From Bacteroidales bacterium (GTDB lineage: Bacteria; Bacteroidota; Bacteroidia; Bacteroidales; UBA3824), in NCBI GenBank assembly GCA_024413595.1, contig JAKSUC010000004.1, forward strand, positions 10,555-74,554: a stretch of 64,000 nt of DNA, written 5' to 3'. A program made the position numbers and the translations under genes. This document shows positions 8,757 to 19,453 of this stretch, piece by piece. A model generated the notes under the pieces. The model was not told the DNA's origin. It did not search any database and saw nothing but the letters and a program-made list of their open reading frames with translations. Every line of letters starts with the position of its first letter. Positions within the stretch are counted from its first letter, which is position 1.

Positions 8757-11700
8757 GTTTCTTATTCATAAACCTATAGCAATAATTATGACATTTTTGG
8801 CTTTAACAATAATTGGAGCCATTGCATGTTTTAATTTGCCAATTAGTATGTTGCCTCATTTCTCTGTACCAGAGATTGTTGTAAAAATTAATGGTCAAAA
8901 TATTTCTGCTCGCGAACTAGAAAATTCTCGAACGTCAGTTATTCGTCACCAATTATTGCAAACTTCTCATTTAAAAGATATTGAAAGTCGTACAGAAGAT
9001 GGTTCGGCAATTATTAATTTACGATTTGATTTCGGCACAGACATAGATTTAGCTTATATCGAAGTTAATGAAAAAATTGATGCTGTTTCTAACACTGGAA
9101 ATGTAACATTTGAACGTCCCAAAGTAATAAAATATAATGCAACAGATTTTCCTGTATTCTATTTAAACATTACTCCAAAAGTAAAAGATACTTTAGTAAA
9201 TCAAATGCTTTTTGTTGGCAATGCTGTTAAAAATAATATTTGTCGACGTTTAGAACAAATACCTGAAATTTCGGTAGTTGATGTTACTGGTATTCCTGAA
9301 AAACAAATTCTTCTTTCTCCCAAAAATGATAAACTACAAGCCGCTGGTTTAACTATTAGTGATTTAGAAAATATTTTAAAATCAAATAATATTGAACCAC
9401 TTGGTATTAGAGTAAAAGACGGTTATTATCAATATAATATGAAAATGTCGTCTCTTTTGCTCAATGTTAGTGATATTGAAAATATATATATTAATGTTTC
9501 TGAACGAGTTGTTCAACTCAAAGATTTGTGTGATGTTCGTGAAGATTATTTACCATCGTCTGGTTATGCTATTTATAATGGTAAAGAAGAAATTTGTTGT
9601 GCAATTTATAATAATAACGAAGCAAACTCTGATAATTTGAAACAAGAAGTAGAAAATCTTCTTTTAGAATTTGAATCTAATTTTCCTCAACTAGAATTTA
9701 ATTTGTCAAAAAATCAAACGGAATTGTTGATTTTTACTATCGAAAATCTAAAACAAAATCTTGTAATTAGCTTAATTTTAATATTTATTATTGGATATTT
9801 TTTTATTGGTGACGCAAGATCTTCATTTATAATAATGATATGTATTATAGTTTCATTAATTATATCATTTATACCATTTTATATTTTTGATAAATCACTT
9901 AATATAATTTCTTTGTCAGGAATAATTCTAGCAGTTGGAATGATGATTGACAATGCATTGATTATTTGTGAAAATATCAATCAATATCAAGTAAGAGGAT
10001 TAACATTAAGTTGTTCTGCCTCTTTTGGAACTTCAGAATTGATAGCTCCTTTGTTAAGTTCCTCTCTTACAACAGTTGCAGTGTTTGTACCTTTAATTTT
10101 TTTAGGATCTATAGCAGGTGTTCTTTTTGAAGATCAAGCATTTGCTATAGCTTGGGGATTGATTGTTTCTTATGTAGTTGGCATTTTTTTCTTACCTGTG
10201 TTGTATCATTTAATGTTTATAAAACCAACTTTAAATTCTTCAGTTTCAAAACAAAGTTCATTTCCTCGTGCAACAAATTTTTATAATAAGATTTATAATT
10301 TTGTTTTATCTCATCAATCATTAGTTTTAATTTCTGTTTTTATCTTGATTATTTTAGGTTCATTTATGGGATTCAAAATTCCTATTGAAAAAATGCCTAA
10401 AATTGAGTATAATGAAATTTCGGCAAAAGCAGAATTTAATAATGTTAACGAAGATGAAAATTTTGATAAATCAAAAGAGATTCTTTCTTTTACAGATTCT
10501 CTTTGTATAGAAAGTCAAGCATTTGTTTCAGGTCAAGATTTTATGATTGACGAGATGGGAAATCTAAAACCTAACCAAACAGAATTTTATTGGCGTACAA
10601 ATAGTTACGAAGAAGCAGAAAATTTACGAAAACTTACACAGGCTAAATTTTCACAACTTTATCCTAATTCAGTAATTTCATTTTATTCACCCGTAACTCT
10701 ATTTGATAAACTATTTGAAAGTAGTCAACCTGATATTTCTGCTCATTTTACAAATGAACTACATATTTCTGGTGTAGATGATATAAATAAAATTAAAGGT
10801 TTATATCAAAATTTAAATGAAAGATGTAAAATAAATTTTCCTGATTTAAAAAAATCTCGAACTCTAGTTGTAAATCGTCGAATTATGCAAATTTATGATA
10901 TATCATTAGATGAAATTAAGGAAGATATCAAGAAAAATTTTTCAATATCTAATGTTCTAATAATTAATTCTACTGGTGAATTTTTGCCTGTTAGTTTTGT
11001 TGGAAATCAAAAAGATATTGATTATTTTATAGCTAACGCTTCATATAAAAAGAAGATTTCTGATAAAATAATTGAAGTTCCATATAGTTCTATAATACAG
11101 ATTGTTTCAGAAGAAAATCCTAAAACAATATTTGCTGGTAAAGATGATGAATATTTACCAATTAATTTTTATGATGTTGTTGATGGTAATGTTATTATAG
11201 AAAAAACTCAGTCTATTGTAAAAAATATTGATAATGAAAAGGTTACGTTTGTTGGAACATACTTTGAAAATCGTGAAATGATGCAAAGATTAATATATGT
11301 TTTGCTTGTAGCTGTTCTTTTAATGTATTTTATTTTATGTGCTCAGTTTGAAGATTTTGTTCAACCTTTGATTGTTTTGTTAGAAATTCCAATTGATATT
11401 GCATTAACAATATTAGTATTATATTTAACAAATCAATCGTTAAATTTAATGTCTGCTATTGGTATTATAGTTTCGTGTGGTATTGTGATTAATGATTCTA
11501 TACTAAAAATTGATACTATCAATAAATTAAGAGCTTCTGGAATGGAAATGCGTAAAGCAGTGCATACAGCAGGTTTACGACGAGTAAAAGCAATTTTAAT
11601 GACTTCGCTTACAACAATAGGCGCTGTTATTCCAGTTTTGTTTGCTTCTGATGCGGGTTCTCAAATGCAAACACCACTTTCTGTGGCAATTATTGCTGCT

Positions 11701-11790
11701 ATGTTTTTTGGTACTTTAGTTAGTATTTATATTATACCACTTTTATATATGGCTATAACTAAAAATAAAAAATTTGATAAAAAATATTGA
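8749..11790 (+). CDS. RND efflux permease (AcrB/AcrD/AcrF family), copy 1
   Basis: 1013 aa with 1+6 / 1+5 TM topology and two large periplasmic loops. GMMIDNALI and GIVINDSIL are conserved TM4/TM10-type motifs. Confidence 0.85.
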   Translation: MIKFLIHKPIAIIMTFLALTIIGAIACFNLPISMLPHFSVPEIVVKINGQNISARELENSRTSVIRHQLLQTSHLKDIESRTEDGSAIINLRFDFGTDIDLAYIEVNEKIDAVSNTGNVTFERPKVIKYNATDFPVFYLNITPKVKDTLVNQMLFVGNAVKNNICRRLEQIPEISVVDVTGIPEKQILLSPKNDKLQAAGLTISDLENILKSNNIEPLGIRVKDGYYQYNMKMSSLLLNVSDIENIYINVSERVVQLKDLCDVREDYLPSSGYAIYNGKEEICCAIYNNNEANSDNLKQEVENLLLEFESNFPQLEFNLSKNQTELLIFTIENLKQNLVISLILIFIIGYFFIGDARSSFIIMICIIVSLIISFIPFYIFDKSLNIISLSGIILAVGMMIDNALIICENINQYQVRGLTLSCSASFGTSELIAPLLSSSLTTVAVFVPLIFLGSIAGVLFEDQAFAIAWGLIVSYVVGIFFLPVLYHLMFIKPTLNSSVSKQSSFPRATNFYNKIYNFVLSHQSLVLISVFILIILGSFMGFKIPIEKMPKIEYNEISAKAEFNNVNEDENFDKSKEILSFTDSLCIESQAFVSGQDFMIDEMGNLKPNQTEFYWRTNSYEEAENLRKLTQAKFSQLYPNSVISFYSPVTLFDKLFESSQPDISAHFTNELHISGVDDINKIKGLYQNLNERCKINFPDLKKSRTLVVNRRIMQIYDISLDEIKEDIKKNFSISNVLIINSTGEFLPVSFVGNQKDIDYFIANASYKKKISDKIIEVPYSSIIQIVSEENPKTIFAGKDDEYLPINFYDVVDGNVIIEKTQSIVKNIDNEKVTFVGTYFENREMMQRLIYVLLVAVLLMYFILCAQFEDFVQPLIVLLEIPIDIALTILVLYLTNQSLNLMSAIGIIVSCGIVINDSILKIDTINKLRASGMEMRKAVHTAGLRRVKAILMTSLTTIGAVIPVLFASDAGSQMQTPLSVAIIAAMFFGTLVSIYIIPLLYMAITKNKKFDKKY

Positions 11791-13271
11791 TAATGAAAAA
11801 ATTATTAGTTATTATTATATGTTTTTGTTGTTCAATTGTTTATGGTCAAAATTCTTCAAAAAAAACTTTGACTTTAAATGATGCTATTAATATAGCTTGC
11901 GATAGTTCGCTTAGTGCGTTTAAAAATAAAAATTTGTATATGAGTGCTTATTGGCAATATAGAAATTTTAAAGCCGATATGCTACCTTCTTTAACTTGGA
12001 ATATAACACCTATTGAATTCTCTCGTTATCTTACAATGCGTTACGATTCTGAAGATAATATTGATATATATCGTGAACAAAAATCATATTCTACTGGAAC
12101 TGGTTTGAAATTAAATCAAAATTTTATTCCATTGGGTGGTTCTTTTTATATTGAGACTAATTTAAATTATTTAAAAAACTTCGGAGATAATACTTATGAA
12201 CAATATTCTGGTGTTCCTATAATGATTGGATATAGTAATCAAGTGTTAGGCTATAATAGTTTTAAATGGGATAGACGTATTGAACCACTTAAATATGAAC
12301 GAAATAAAATAGAATATATTTCTAATTCAGAACAAGTTTCTATTGAAACAATGCAATATTTCTTTGCTGCTATTTCTGCACAAATGAATTACCAATCTGC
12401 TCTATTTCAATTAAATAATTGTGATACATTAGTAGCAATAGCAGAAAGAAAGATGAAATATCTATCAGTTGAAAAATCAGATTTGTTGTCGCTTAAAGCA
12501 GATGTTTTAAGTGCCAAAAATCGTTTGTCTCAAACAATTATTGCACTCGACAAAGCACGCTCTGAGTTATTTAATTTTCTTAGAATAAATGATTTTAACG
12601 ATATAGAATTGGTTATGCCAGAATCTCCTGATTCTATTGAATTCGATCTCAATTTAGCAATTGAAATGGCAAAAAAATATTCTACGTCAATTTTAGAACA
12701 ACAAGAAACTATTCTTGAAAAAGAACGTCAACTAGATGAAATAAATAAAACAACACGATTTAATGCCTCTGTGAGTGCATCTGTTGGTTTTAATCAAGTA
12801 GCTGAAAATATTTCTGGTGTTTATAAAGATCCTTTAGAACAAGATTTAGCTCTGATTAGTGTACAAGTTCCGCTTTTGGATTGGAGTAAAGGAAAAGGTA
12901 AACGAAATATTGCGAAAAATGAACTTGAAATTTCTAAAATAGAAATTGAACAGCGTATAAATAAAATAGAACAAGATGTAATAAATTATATTGCTGAAAT
13001 TTCTACTAGACGCGAAATTCTAATTAATAATTATAAAGTTTTAGACTTAGCTCAAGAAGTATATCAACAACAAATAAAAAAGTTTCAGAATGGTAATCTT
13101 GATGTAACATCTATTTCTATGGCTCAGTCAAAATTAGAAACTGCTCAGAGTGATTATTTATCTAGTATTTCAGAATATTGGCAGTGTTATTATCAATTGC
13201 GAAAACTTACACTTTATGATTTTGAAAATAAAATTTCACTTTCTGAAAAATTTGATTTTGAAAATTTATAA
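11787..13271 (+). CDS. TolC-family outer membrane efflux protein
   Basis: Signal peptide, two-repeat alpha/beta organisation, position inside the RND operon. ATGA overlap upstream and TAATG overlap downstream. Confidence 0.8.
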   Translation: MIMKKLLVIIICFCCSIVYGQNSSKKTLTLNDAINIACDSSLSAFKNKNLYMSAYWQYRNFKADMLPSLTWNITPIEFSRYLTMRYDSEDNIDIYREQKSYSTGTGLKLNQNFIPLGGSFYIETNLNYLKNFGDNTYEQYSGVPIMIGYSNQVLGYNSFKWDRRIEPLKYERNKIEYISNSEQVSIETMQYFFAAISAQMNYQSALFQLNNCDTLVAIAERKMKYLSVEKSDLLSLKADVLSAKNRLSQTIIALDKARSELFNFLRINDFNDIELVMPESPDSIEFDLNLAIEMAKKYSTSILEQQETILEKERQLDEINKTTRFNASVSASVGFNQVAENISGVYKDPLEQDLALISVQVPLLDWSKGKGKRNIAKNELEISKIEIEQRINKIEQDVINYIAEISTRREILINNYKVLDLAQEVYQQQIKKFQNGNLDVTSISMAQSKLETAQSDYLSSISEYWQCYYQLRKLTLYDFENKISLSEKFDFENL

Positions 13272-16234
13272 TGAAAAAACAAAAATTTATATTATCACCT
13301 TTTGCTGTTGTAGTAGTTGCAGTTTGCTCAATGTTGATAGGAATTGCATTATTGCCACTATTATCTACAACTTTATGGCCTGAAAATAATAATTATTCTA
13401 TATCAATTAGTTATGAATTTCCTGGTGCTTCAGAACGTATTGTAGAATCCAAAGTTACTTCTGTTTTAGAAAATGCTTTGTCTAGTATATCTGGTGTCAC
13501 ATCTATTTCTTCAAATTCTAGTTCAGGACAAGGTTCAATAAATATAAATTTTGATGAATATATCAATCCAGATGTTACTCGTTTGGAAGTTTCTGCTGTT
13601 TTGCGTCAAATAGCTTCTGAATTGCCAGAAGGTGTAACTTATCCAATAATTTCATCAAATTCTCAGTATAGTAATGATAATGAGCCTTTTTTAGTTTATT
13701 CTATCAACTCTATGAATGACGCTTCGCAAATTAAGCCAATTGCGGAAAAAGTTTTGAAAACATCATTTGCAAATCTTGATGGTCTTTCTGAAGTAAATGT
13801 TACTGGTGGTGATGTTTATGAGATGATTTTGTCTTATGATAGCAATAAATTAAGAGCTGCAAACCTAACACCTGAAATAATTGGTAATGTAATAAGAGAA
13901 TCATTTTCGTCTCATTATGTTAACGAATATAAATTGGTTTTTAATGATAGTATTTCTGATGATTTTATACCTGAAAATATTTTTGTTAAAAATGAGGATT
14001 CACTTTATTTTCAACTTAAATCATTAATTAACTGTAAGATACAAAAACAAGATCCTTCTTATACTTTTCGTGTTAATGGTAGAAATTCTGTTTATGCTCG
14101 TTTTTATGCTACTTCGCAAAGTGATATTCTTTCTATGAAAAATATAATTGAAAAACGAATTTATACTCTTAATAAAAAAATATCTGATGATGTAGAAATC
14201 ATCAAAACTACTGATAATTGCTCTTATATCGAAAACGAAATTTATGGTCTTTTAATACAAGTTATTTTATCTTTTGGAATATTAACATTAATAATTTTTT
14301 TAACTACTTTTTCATTTAGATACTTATTTACAGTTTTGTTTTGTATTTTTATTAATTTATTGTCTGCAATTATTTTCTATTATATTTTTGATATTGGTAT
14401 TAATTTAATGACAATTGCTGCATTTTCAGTTGTTTCTGGTTTGATAGCTGATAACATTATTGTTTCATACAATCATTTAAAAATCAAGAAAAATCTAAAA
14501 GTTATTTTGCCAATTTTGGCTGCAACACTTACTACTGCTGGTTCTTTGTTTATTATATTTTTTGTTAATAAAGAATTAAAAGAATCTCTCTATGATTTTT
14601 GTATAGTTATAATTATCAACTTGTTGCTTTCAGTTATTGTTGCACTGTTAGTTGTGCCTGCAATTGTAAAAATGCAATCTAGCAATTTAAAATCTAAAAC
14701 TAATAAATTCAAAATGAAACGTTTTTTAGGACGTATTTCACTAAAATACAAAAGTATAGTAGCATTTCAATTGAGATTTAAATTCCTTTTTATCATCTTT
14801 TTTCTTGGTTTGTTTTGTTTTTCATTTTGGCTTTTTAAAACAGATGTTCAATCAGGCGAATATTATAATCGAAAAGGTGAAATTTGTTTGTCTATTGATG
14901 CTTCAATGCCATGTGGGGCGGTTTTTGAAGAAACTGATGCTCTTATTAAAAAAATGGAAGTATTTTTATCTAGTTTTGATCGTATTCGTCAATTTAATAC
15001 TTATATTTACAATTCTAGACAAGCTAGAATACAGATATATTTTACAAAAAAAGGTCGTAATAGTGCTTTCCCTTATATTTTGAAATCAAAAATTATAGAT
15101 AAAGCTTTACAATTTGGTGCAGGAGCATGGACTGTTTATGGGTTACCTGATCAAGCTTTTAATAATGATGTAAAAGAAATGTCTGGAAACTATTGTCTTC
15201 AAATTCAAGGTTTTAATTATGACGAACTATTGGTTATTGCTGATAGTATTAAACAAGATTTGATGAAAAGTCCTCGTATTGTATCTGTTGATATAAATCC
15301 TGAACAATCTTTTTTTAAAGATGATAATTTTGAATATGTTTTAATTCCTAATTTAAAAAAGTTGGCAGAATTAAATATTTCTACAGCATCATTTTGCAAT
15401 ATATTTCATGATGATATTACTTGTGGACAAACTTTTATTGATAATAATATTATTAATATGATTTTGCGCTCTAGTAATAATTCTGATAAAGATATTTATT
15501 CGATGCTCAATAAGATTATAAATATAGGTGATAAAAAAATTAGGATTTCTCAAATTGTAGATTTTAAACAAGTAAAGGCTCAAAAATCTATTTCTAGAGT
15601 AGATAGACAATATCAAATTTTTTTACAGTTTGACTATTTAGGTTCTGAAAAAAACGCAAATAAACGTTGTGATAGCATTGTTACAGCTTATAATTTTAAA
15701 ATTCCTGCTGGTTATAAAGTAAAGCATTTGCAATACGATTTCCAAAATAAAAATTTTCCAACAGAAGTTTTTTTATTGTTGATAATAGCATTAATTATTT
15801 TTTTCATCACTGCAATTTTGTTTAATTCTTTAAAATATGCCTTTGTAATTTTATTATTATTACCTGTAGCATTTACAGGTAGTTTCTTTACATTTTGGTT
15901 GTTTGATATTAAATTTGATTCGGGTGGTTTTGCATCTTTTGTTCTTTTGAGTGGATTAACTGTAAATTCCGGAATTTTTGTAATTTATGAATTTATTAAT
16001 GAGAAAACAAAAAATAAAAATCATTACTATTCTTTTTTTAAAGCATTAAATATCAAAATTGGTGCTATATGTCTTACAATTTTATCAACTATTGCAGGAT
16101 TTTCACCTTTTATAATTGCATCAGAACACGAAAGTTTCAGATATTCACTAGCTTGTAGTACTTCTGGTGGTTTATTTTTTTCAATTACAGGGTTACTATT
16201 TTTATTGCCTCTATTTTGCTTAAAAAAAATGTAA
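13271..16234 (+). CDS. RND efflux permease (AcrB family), copy 2, divergent from copy 1
   Basis: 987 aa with the same 12-TM/two-loop layout. SGLIADNIIV and SGLTVNSGIF are TM4/TM10-like motifs. Confidence 0.8.
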   Translation: MKKQKFILSPFAVVVVAVCSMLIGIALLPLLSTTLWPENNNYSISISYEFPGASERIVESKVTSVLENALSSISGVTSISSNSSSGQGSININFDEYINPDVTRLEVSAVLRQIASELPEGVTYPIISSNSQYSNDNEPFLVYSINSMNDASQIKPIAEKVLKTSFANLDGLSEVNVTGGDVYEMILSYDSNKLRAANLTPEIIGNVIRESFSSHYVNEYKLVFNDSISDDFIPENIFVKNEDSLYFQLKSLINCKIQKQDPSYTFRVNGRNSVYARFYATSQSDILSMKNIIEKRIYTLNKKISDDVEIIKTTDNCSYIENEIYGLLIQVILSFGILTLIIFLTTFSFRYLFTVLFCIFINLLSAIIFYYIFDIGINLMTIAAFSVVSGLIADNIIVSYNHLKIKKNLKVILPILAATLTTAGSLFIIFFVNKELKESLYDFCIVIIINLLLSVIVALLVVPAIVKMQSSNLKSKTNKFKMKRFLGRISLKYKSIVAFQLRFKFLFIIFFLGLFCFSFWLFKTDVQSGEYYNRKGEICLSIDASMPCGAVFEETDALIKKMEVFLSSFDRIRQFNTYIYNSRQARIQIYFTKKGRNSAFPYILKSKIIDKALQFGAGAWTVYGLPDQAFNNDVKEMSGNYCLQIQGFNYDELLVIADSIKQDLMKSPRIVSVDINPEQSFFKDDNFEYVLIPNLKKLAELNISTASFCNIFHDDITCGQTFIDNNIINMILRSSNNSDKDIYSMLNKIINIGDKKIRISQIVDFKQVKAQKSISRVDRQYQIFLQFDYLGSEKNANKRCDSIVTAYNFKIPAGYKVKHLQYDFQNKNFPTEVFLLLIIALIIFFITAILFNSLKYAFVILLLLPVAFTGSFFTFWLFDIKFDSGGFASFVLLSGLTVNSGIFVIYEFINEKTKNKNHYYSFFKALNIKIGAICLTILSTIAGFSPFIIASEHESFRYSLACSTSGGLFFSITGLLFLLPLFCLKKM

Positions 16235-16381
16235 CTAAAATAAATTAATATTTCTATTTATCTTTTTTTGTTATAGTGTCTTCAAAATCGATTATTAGCT
16301 TTAATTTGAGTGTATTTTTTTATTTGAGTTTATTATTTTAGAAAGTTTTTATTTTTATCGAAAAATAATAATTTCAATTAA

Positions 16382-17287
16382 TTAAATAATAGTACCTGCA
16401 ACTTTAGCTAGCAATATAGAATAAAATTTTGAAATAGAGGAATCTGCACGAGATGTCATAACAACAGGAGCTTTTGTTCCAGCTAAACATCCAGCAATAT
16501 TAGATCCTGCAAGTTTTGTATTTGCTTTATAAAAAGCGTTTCCTGATTCAATGTCTGGAAATAACAAACAATCAGCGTCACCTTTTATTGGTCCATTAAT
16601 AGATTTTATTTCAGCAGCTTCTTTATCTATTGAAATATCAATACTTAAAGGACCGTCAGCAATAAAATCTAATTGTCCTCGATCCGACATTTTTGAAATA
16701 ATAGCAGCATCGTTTCCTGCTGTAATTGCTTGAGAAACAATTTCTGTTGCAGCAATTATGGCTACTTTAGGATTATTACAACCTAAAATTCTTGACATTG
16801 AAGCTAACGCATTTATTATAAATAATTTCTGTTTAAAATCAGGATTAGGAATTATTGCAGAATCTCCAAATGAAATTAATTTATTTAATCTACTGTTTTC
16901 TAAAACTGTTATATGCGTAATTTGAGCAGTGTTTCCTAATAAACCATTATGACGAGCCAAAACTGCTTTTAAATATTTTTCTGAACTTATTAGTCCTTTC
17001 ATTAAAATGTCAGCGTCTCCTATTGATACAAGTTTTACTGCTTCAAATAAGGCATCGTTGTCGTTATTAATGTCAATTATCTCAAAATCATTTATTTCTA
17101 AATTTAATTTTAATAAAGTTAATGATATTTTTTCTTTATTTCCAAAAAGTTTTGCTTTAACAATGTTCATTTTTTGGGCTTTGTCAATAGCTTGTATCGT
17201 ATGTATATCGTATGGACAAGCAACTGACAATTTGCTAATATTTTTTGCTTGCGCTAACGGTAAAAGTTGTTCTAATTTTGTAATCAT
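16382..17287 (-). CDS. Phosphate acyltransferase of the PTA/PTB family (probably phosphate butyryltransferase)
   Basis: 301 aa. ADILMKGLIS, PKVAIIAA and DADCLLFPDIESGNAFYK are typical Ptb/Pta motifs. Confidence 0.8.
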   Translation of the reverse strand: MITKLEQLLPLAQAKNISKLSVACPYDIHTIQAIDKAQKMNIVKAKLFGNKEKISLTLLKLNLEINDFEIIDINNDNDALFEAVKLVSIGDADILMKGLISSEKYLKAVLARHNGLLGNTAQITHITVLENSRLNKLISFGDSAIIPNPDFKQKLFIINALASMSRILGCNNPKVAIIAATEIVSQAITAGNDAAIISKMSDRGQLDFIADGPLSIDISIDKEAAEIKSINGPIKGDADCLLFPDIESGNAFYKANTKLAGSNIAGCLAGTKAPVVMTSRADSSISKFYSILLAKVAGTII

Positions 17288-17492
17288 AACTTTATAATGA
17301 TTTTGAATAATCTTACATAACCTCTATCTTGTAAAGTTATTATTTTTTATTGTAAATAAAATAATTTTATTGTTAATAAACATTTAAACTTTATTATTAA
17401 AAATCTTGAGTTTTTTTTTACCAAAATTAAAAAATATTCGTTATATTAGGGGTAAAATAAATTAAAGTATTAATTTCAAATTATTAATTATT

Positions 17493-17735
17493 ATGATTGG
17501 TTTTTTAATTCAAATAATTTTAGGAATTCTTGCAGGTTTTGTTGCAAGTAAATTATTTAATGGTAAAGGTAGTGGATTGATACTTAATCTAGTACTTGGT
17601 ATATGCGGTAGTCTTTTAGGTGGTTGGATTTATGGATTGTTTTTCAAAAGTGCAACTTCTGGATTTATGCAATTTATAATAGCGGTACTTGGTGCAGTGC
17701 TTATTCTTTGGATTTTCAAAAAAATAAGAAAATAG
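17493..17735 (+). CDS. GlsB/YeaQ/YmgE family small membrane protein
   Basis: 80 aa. ILGILAGFVASKL...GLILNLVLGICGSLLGGWIYG is the characteristic Gly-rich TM repeat. Confidence 0.8.
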   Translation: MIGFLIQIILGILAGFVASKLFNGKGSGLILNLVLGICGSLLGGWIYGLFFKSATSGFMQFIIAVLGAVLILWIFKKIRK

Positions 17736-17756
17736 TTTTGTATTTGTTTTTTTATT

Positions 17757-17785
17757 CGGACAACTTTTTGTTGTCCGTTTTTTTT
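17757..17785 (+). terminator. Rho-independent terminator
   Basis: CGGACAAC-TTTTT-GTTGTCCG followed by T8. Confidence 0.75.
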
Positions 17786-17819
17786 GTTTTTTTTATGTAT
17801 AATTAATAATATTTTTGTT

Positions 17820-19223
17820 ATGAATTTGATTAAGATTTTATCTTTATTATTAGTATTTTCATCATTTACAAATTTTGCATTTTCACAATATAAGGTTAGT
17901 CCTAATAAATATGCAATTAAATTTGTAGACAAAAACAATTCTCCATATAATCTTGATAAACCATCTGAGTTTTTATCAGAAAAAGCATTGCAACGCAGAC
18001 AAAAATATGGTATTGACTTAAATTGGTATGATCTTCCAGTAACTCCTCAATATGTTGATTCTTTGAAAAATATGGGTTTTAAAATTCATGGTATTTCAAA
18101 ATGGCATAATTGTGTAGTTGTAACAGTTGATTCTACATGCGATATTCAACTATTAAAAAATGTATCTTTTGTTGATTATGATTTTGATTGGAGAAAAAAT
18201 AATCCTAAACCAAATGCAAATTCTGAAACTTTAAAACGTCCAAAATTAAAAAAAGATAATTTTGATTATTCATTAAAATTAAAATATGGTAATGCAGATA
18301 ATCAAACACAAATGCTTAATATACAAATACTTCATAATTTAGGTTATTTAGGACAAGGAATGACAATTGCAGTTTTAGATGCAGGATTTACAAAAGCAAA
18401 CGAATTACCAGTATTTAAAAAAATGTTTGAAGAAAACAGAATTTTAGGAGTATATGATTTTGTTGAAAATGATTATGAAGTTTATGATGCAGGTAATCAT
18501 GGCATGAATGTATTATCTTGTATAGCTGCCGATCTTCCTGATAAAATGATTGGAACAGCACCAAAAATTTCTGCATATTTATTTAAAACTGAAGATGAAA
18601 ATTCTGAGTATCTTGTTGAAGAGTTTAATTGGAGTTTTGCTGTTGAAAAAGCTGATAGTTTGGGTGTTGATATTATTCATAGTTCTTTAGGTTATCAAGA
18701 TTTTGATGATGATGAAACAAGTTATACTCATCCAGAAAATAATGGTGATGTTTCAATTTCAACAAAAGCTGCTGATATTGCAGTTTCAAAAGGAATTTTT
18801 GTAAATGTAAGTGCAGGAAATGAAGGAAATGATCCATGGGAAAAAGTTTCTAGTCCAGCAGATGCTGATAGTTGTTTTGCCGTTGGTGCTGTTGATAATA
18901 AAGGTATAATTGCATATTTTAGTTCTCATGGTCCTACATTCGATGGTCGTATAAAACCTGATGGATGTGCTAAAGGTTATAATGCAACTGTTCAAAATAT
19001 TTATGGAAGAATTTCAACTGCAAGTGGAACTTCTTTTGCAGGTCCAATTATGGCAGGTTGTATTGCTTGTTTGATGCAGGCTCATCCAAATGCTAAAGTA
19101 ATGGATATTGTTAAAGCTCTTCATCTTGCAGGTTCTATTTATAATAAACCAAATAATGAATATGGATATGGTATAACTGATTTTGCTATTGCTCACAAAA
19201 TTTTGTTGAAATGGAAAATGTAA
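17820..19223 (+). CDS. S8 family (subtilisin-like) serine peptidase, secreted
   Basis: Start trimmed to ATG 17820 (MNLIKILSLLLVFSS signal). Catalytic triad motifs VLDAGF (Asp), GNHGMNV (His), SGTSFAGP (Ser). Confidence 0.9.
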   Translation: MNLIKILSLLLVFSSFTNFAFSQYKVSPNKYAIKFVDKNNSPYNLDKPSEFLSEKALQRRQKYGIDLNWYDLPVTPQYVDSLKNMGFKIHGISKWHNCVVVTVDSTCDIQLLKNVSFVDYDFDWRKNNPKPNANSETLKRPKLKKDNFDYSLKLKYGNADNQTQMLNIQILHNLGYLGQGMTIAVLDAGFTKANELPVFKKMFEENRILGVYDFVENDYEVYDAGNHGMNVLSCIAADLPDKMIGTAPKISAYLFKTEDENSEYLVEEFNWSFAVEKADSLGVDIIHSSLGYQDFDDDETSYTHPENNGDVSISTKAADIAVSKGIFVNVSAGNEGNDPWEKVSSPADADSCFAVGAVDNKGIIAYFSSHGPTFDGRIKPDGCAKGYNATVQNIYGRISTASGTSFAGPIMAGCIACLMQAHPNAKVMDIVKALHLAGSIYNKPNNEYGYGITDFAIAHKILLKWKM

Positions 19224-19244
19224 TTCAATTTTTTTAATATAATA

Positions 19245-19280
19245 AAACGCTGATAGATAACTCTATTCAGCGTTTTTTTT
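19245..19280 (+). terminator. Rho-independent terminator
   Basis: AAACGCTGA...TCAGCGTTT stem followed by a T-run. Confidence 0.7.
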
Positions 19281-19453
19281 GGTTGGTAATTTAATGTCGA
19301 AAAATAATAATTAGATTATTTTTCTTATTAATACGATATTTAATTGTTATTGTTTAATTATTAGTTGTTTATAAATTAGTTGTTAAGATTTTTTGTAATT
19401 TTAATATTGCCATTCAATATTTTATTAATTTTGTTGTTAAAAAAATTATCAAA

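Noticed and set aside
8343-15616. Nested or antisense short ORFs inside the RND operon (for example 8343..8525, 8402..8602, 13150..13383, 14805..15083, 15217..15399, 15389..15616)
   Set aside because: All lie within long, motif-supported CDSs in other frames. They are typical AT-rich spurious ORFs.
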